This document shows, one piece after another, positions 14,341 to 14,613 of a stretch of DNA of 14,613 nucleotides. The notes under the pieces are model-generated. The model did not search any database. It saw only the letters and a program-made list of their open reading frames with translations, and was not told where the DNA came from. The stretch is taken from NCBI GenBank assembly GCA_041562555.1, contig JBFEXS010000053.1, forward strand, positions 1 through 14,613, read 5' to 3'. A program made the translations under genes and the position numbers. The stretch comes from Sulfurimonadaceae bacterium (GTDB lineage Bacteria > Campylobacterota > Campylobacteria > Campylobacterales > Sulfurimonadaceae). The number at the start of each line of letters is the position of its first letter. Positions within the stretch are counted from its first letter, which is position 1.

Positions 14341-14613
14341 ATGGCAGGGAAGGCAAAAGTCGCAGTTGTCGGCGGGGGGATAGCCGGATCGACGGTAGCA
14401 CTCTATCTGAGTGAGATCGGAGTGGATGTCACGCTGTTTGAAAAGGGTCCGAGTCTGGTGAACGGACCTCCCATCTGTCATCTTCATGCGGGAGGAAACC
14501 TCTACAGAGAGATCTCGGATGAGCAGTGTGTCACACTGTTAAAAGAGTCTATCGATCTTGTACGTTTCTATCCGGATGCGATCGATTACAGGCCAACAAT
14601 CATTGCCGTGCCC
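14341..14613 (+). CDS. FAD-dependent oxidoreductase, 3'-truncated by the window edge
   Basis: Not in the ORF track; manual translation MAGKAKVAVVGGGIAGSTVALYLSEIGVDVTLFEKGPSLVNGPPICHLHAGGNLYREISDEQC... has a Rossmann GxGxxG with terminal E; starts 4 nt after the gph stop. Confidence 0.88.
   Translation, partial: MAGKAKVAVVGGGIAGSTVALYLSEIGVDVTLFEKGPSLVNGPPICHLHAGGNLYREISDEQCVTLLKESIDLVRFYPDAIDYRPTIIAVP

Noticed and set aside
14374..14379. G6 run as a Campylobacter-type contingency tract
   Set aside because: Too short, in frame, and explained by the Gly codons of the GxGxxG motif.
1210..14487. Many short alternative-frame and antisense ORFs in the track (e.g. 6400-6825 +, 7498-7833 +, 9792-10334 -, 13621-14031 -, 14113-14487 -)
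   Set aside because: They lie within well-supported genes and show no recognisable motifs; treated as shadow ORFs.
1..14613. CRISPR arrays, tRNA/rRNA, insertion sequences, prophage or clear anti-phage defence genes
   Set aside because: No repeat-spacer periodicity, cloverleaf, transposase, integrase or recognisable defence motifs were seen by eye.

Overview
Bacterial chromosomal window of moderately GC-poor genes with very AT-rich intergenic gaps. The gene families, AAGGA-type RBSs and TG-extended -10 promoters suggest a Campylobacterota genome of the Sulfurovum/Sulfurimonas kind (inference, not a database result). Order: partial YaiI/YqxD gene; RhlE-like DEAD-box helicase with a long structured leader containing a uORF; convergent hybrid histidine kinase; HxlR regulator divergent from an iron-containing alcohol dehydrogenase + nitroreductase operon; a minus-strand operon of NMT1/THI5-fused hybrid kinase, TPMT-like methyltransferase and Cys-rich DksA/TraR-like protein; a divergent plus-strand cluster of OprD-like porin, periplasmic binding protein and a TM-sensor-TM-HAMP protein with no output domain; a DUF234 protein; phosphoglycolate phosphatase; and a partial FAD-dependent oxidoreductase. 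No tRNA, rRNA, CRISPR array, IS or prophage gene was seen. The best candidates for undescribed biology are the divergent signalling locus at 5967-12464 and the helicase leader at 319-485. All family calls come from motif recognition by eye.
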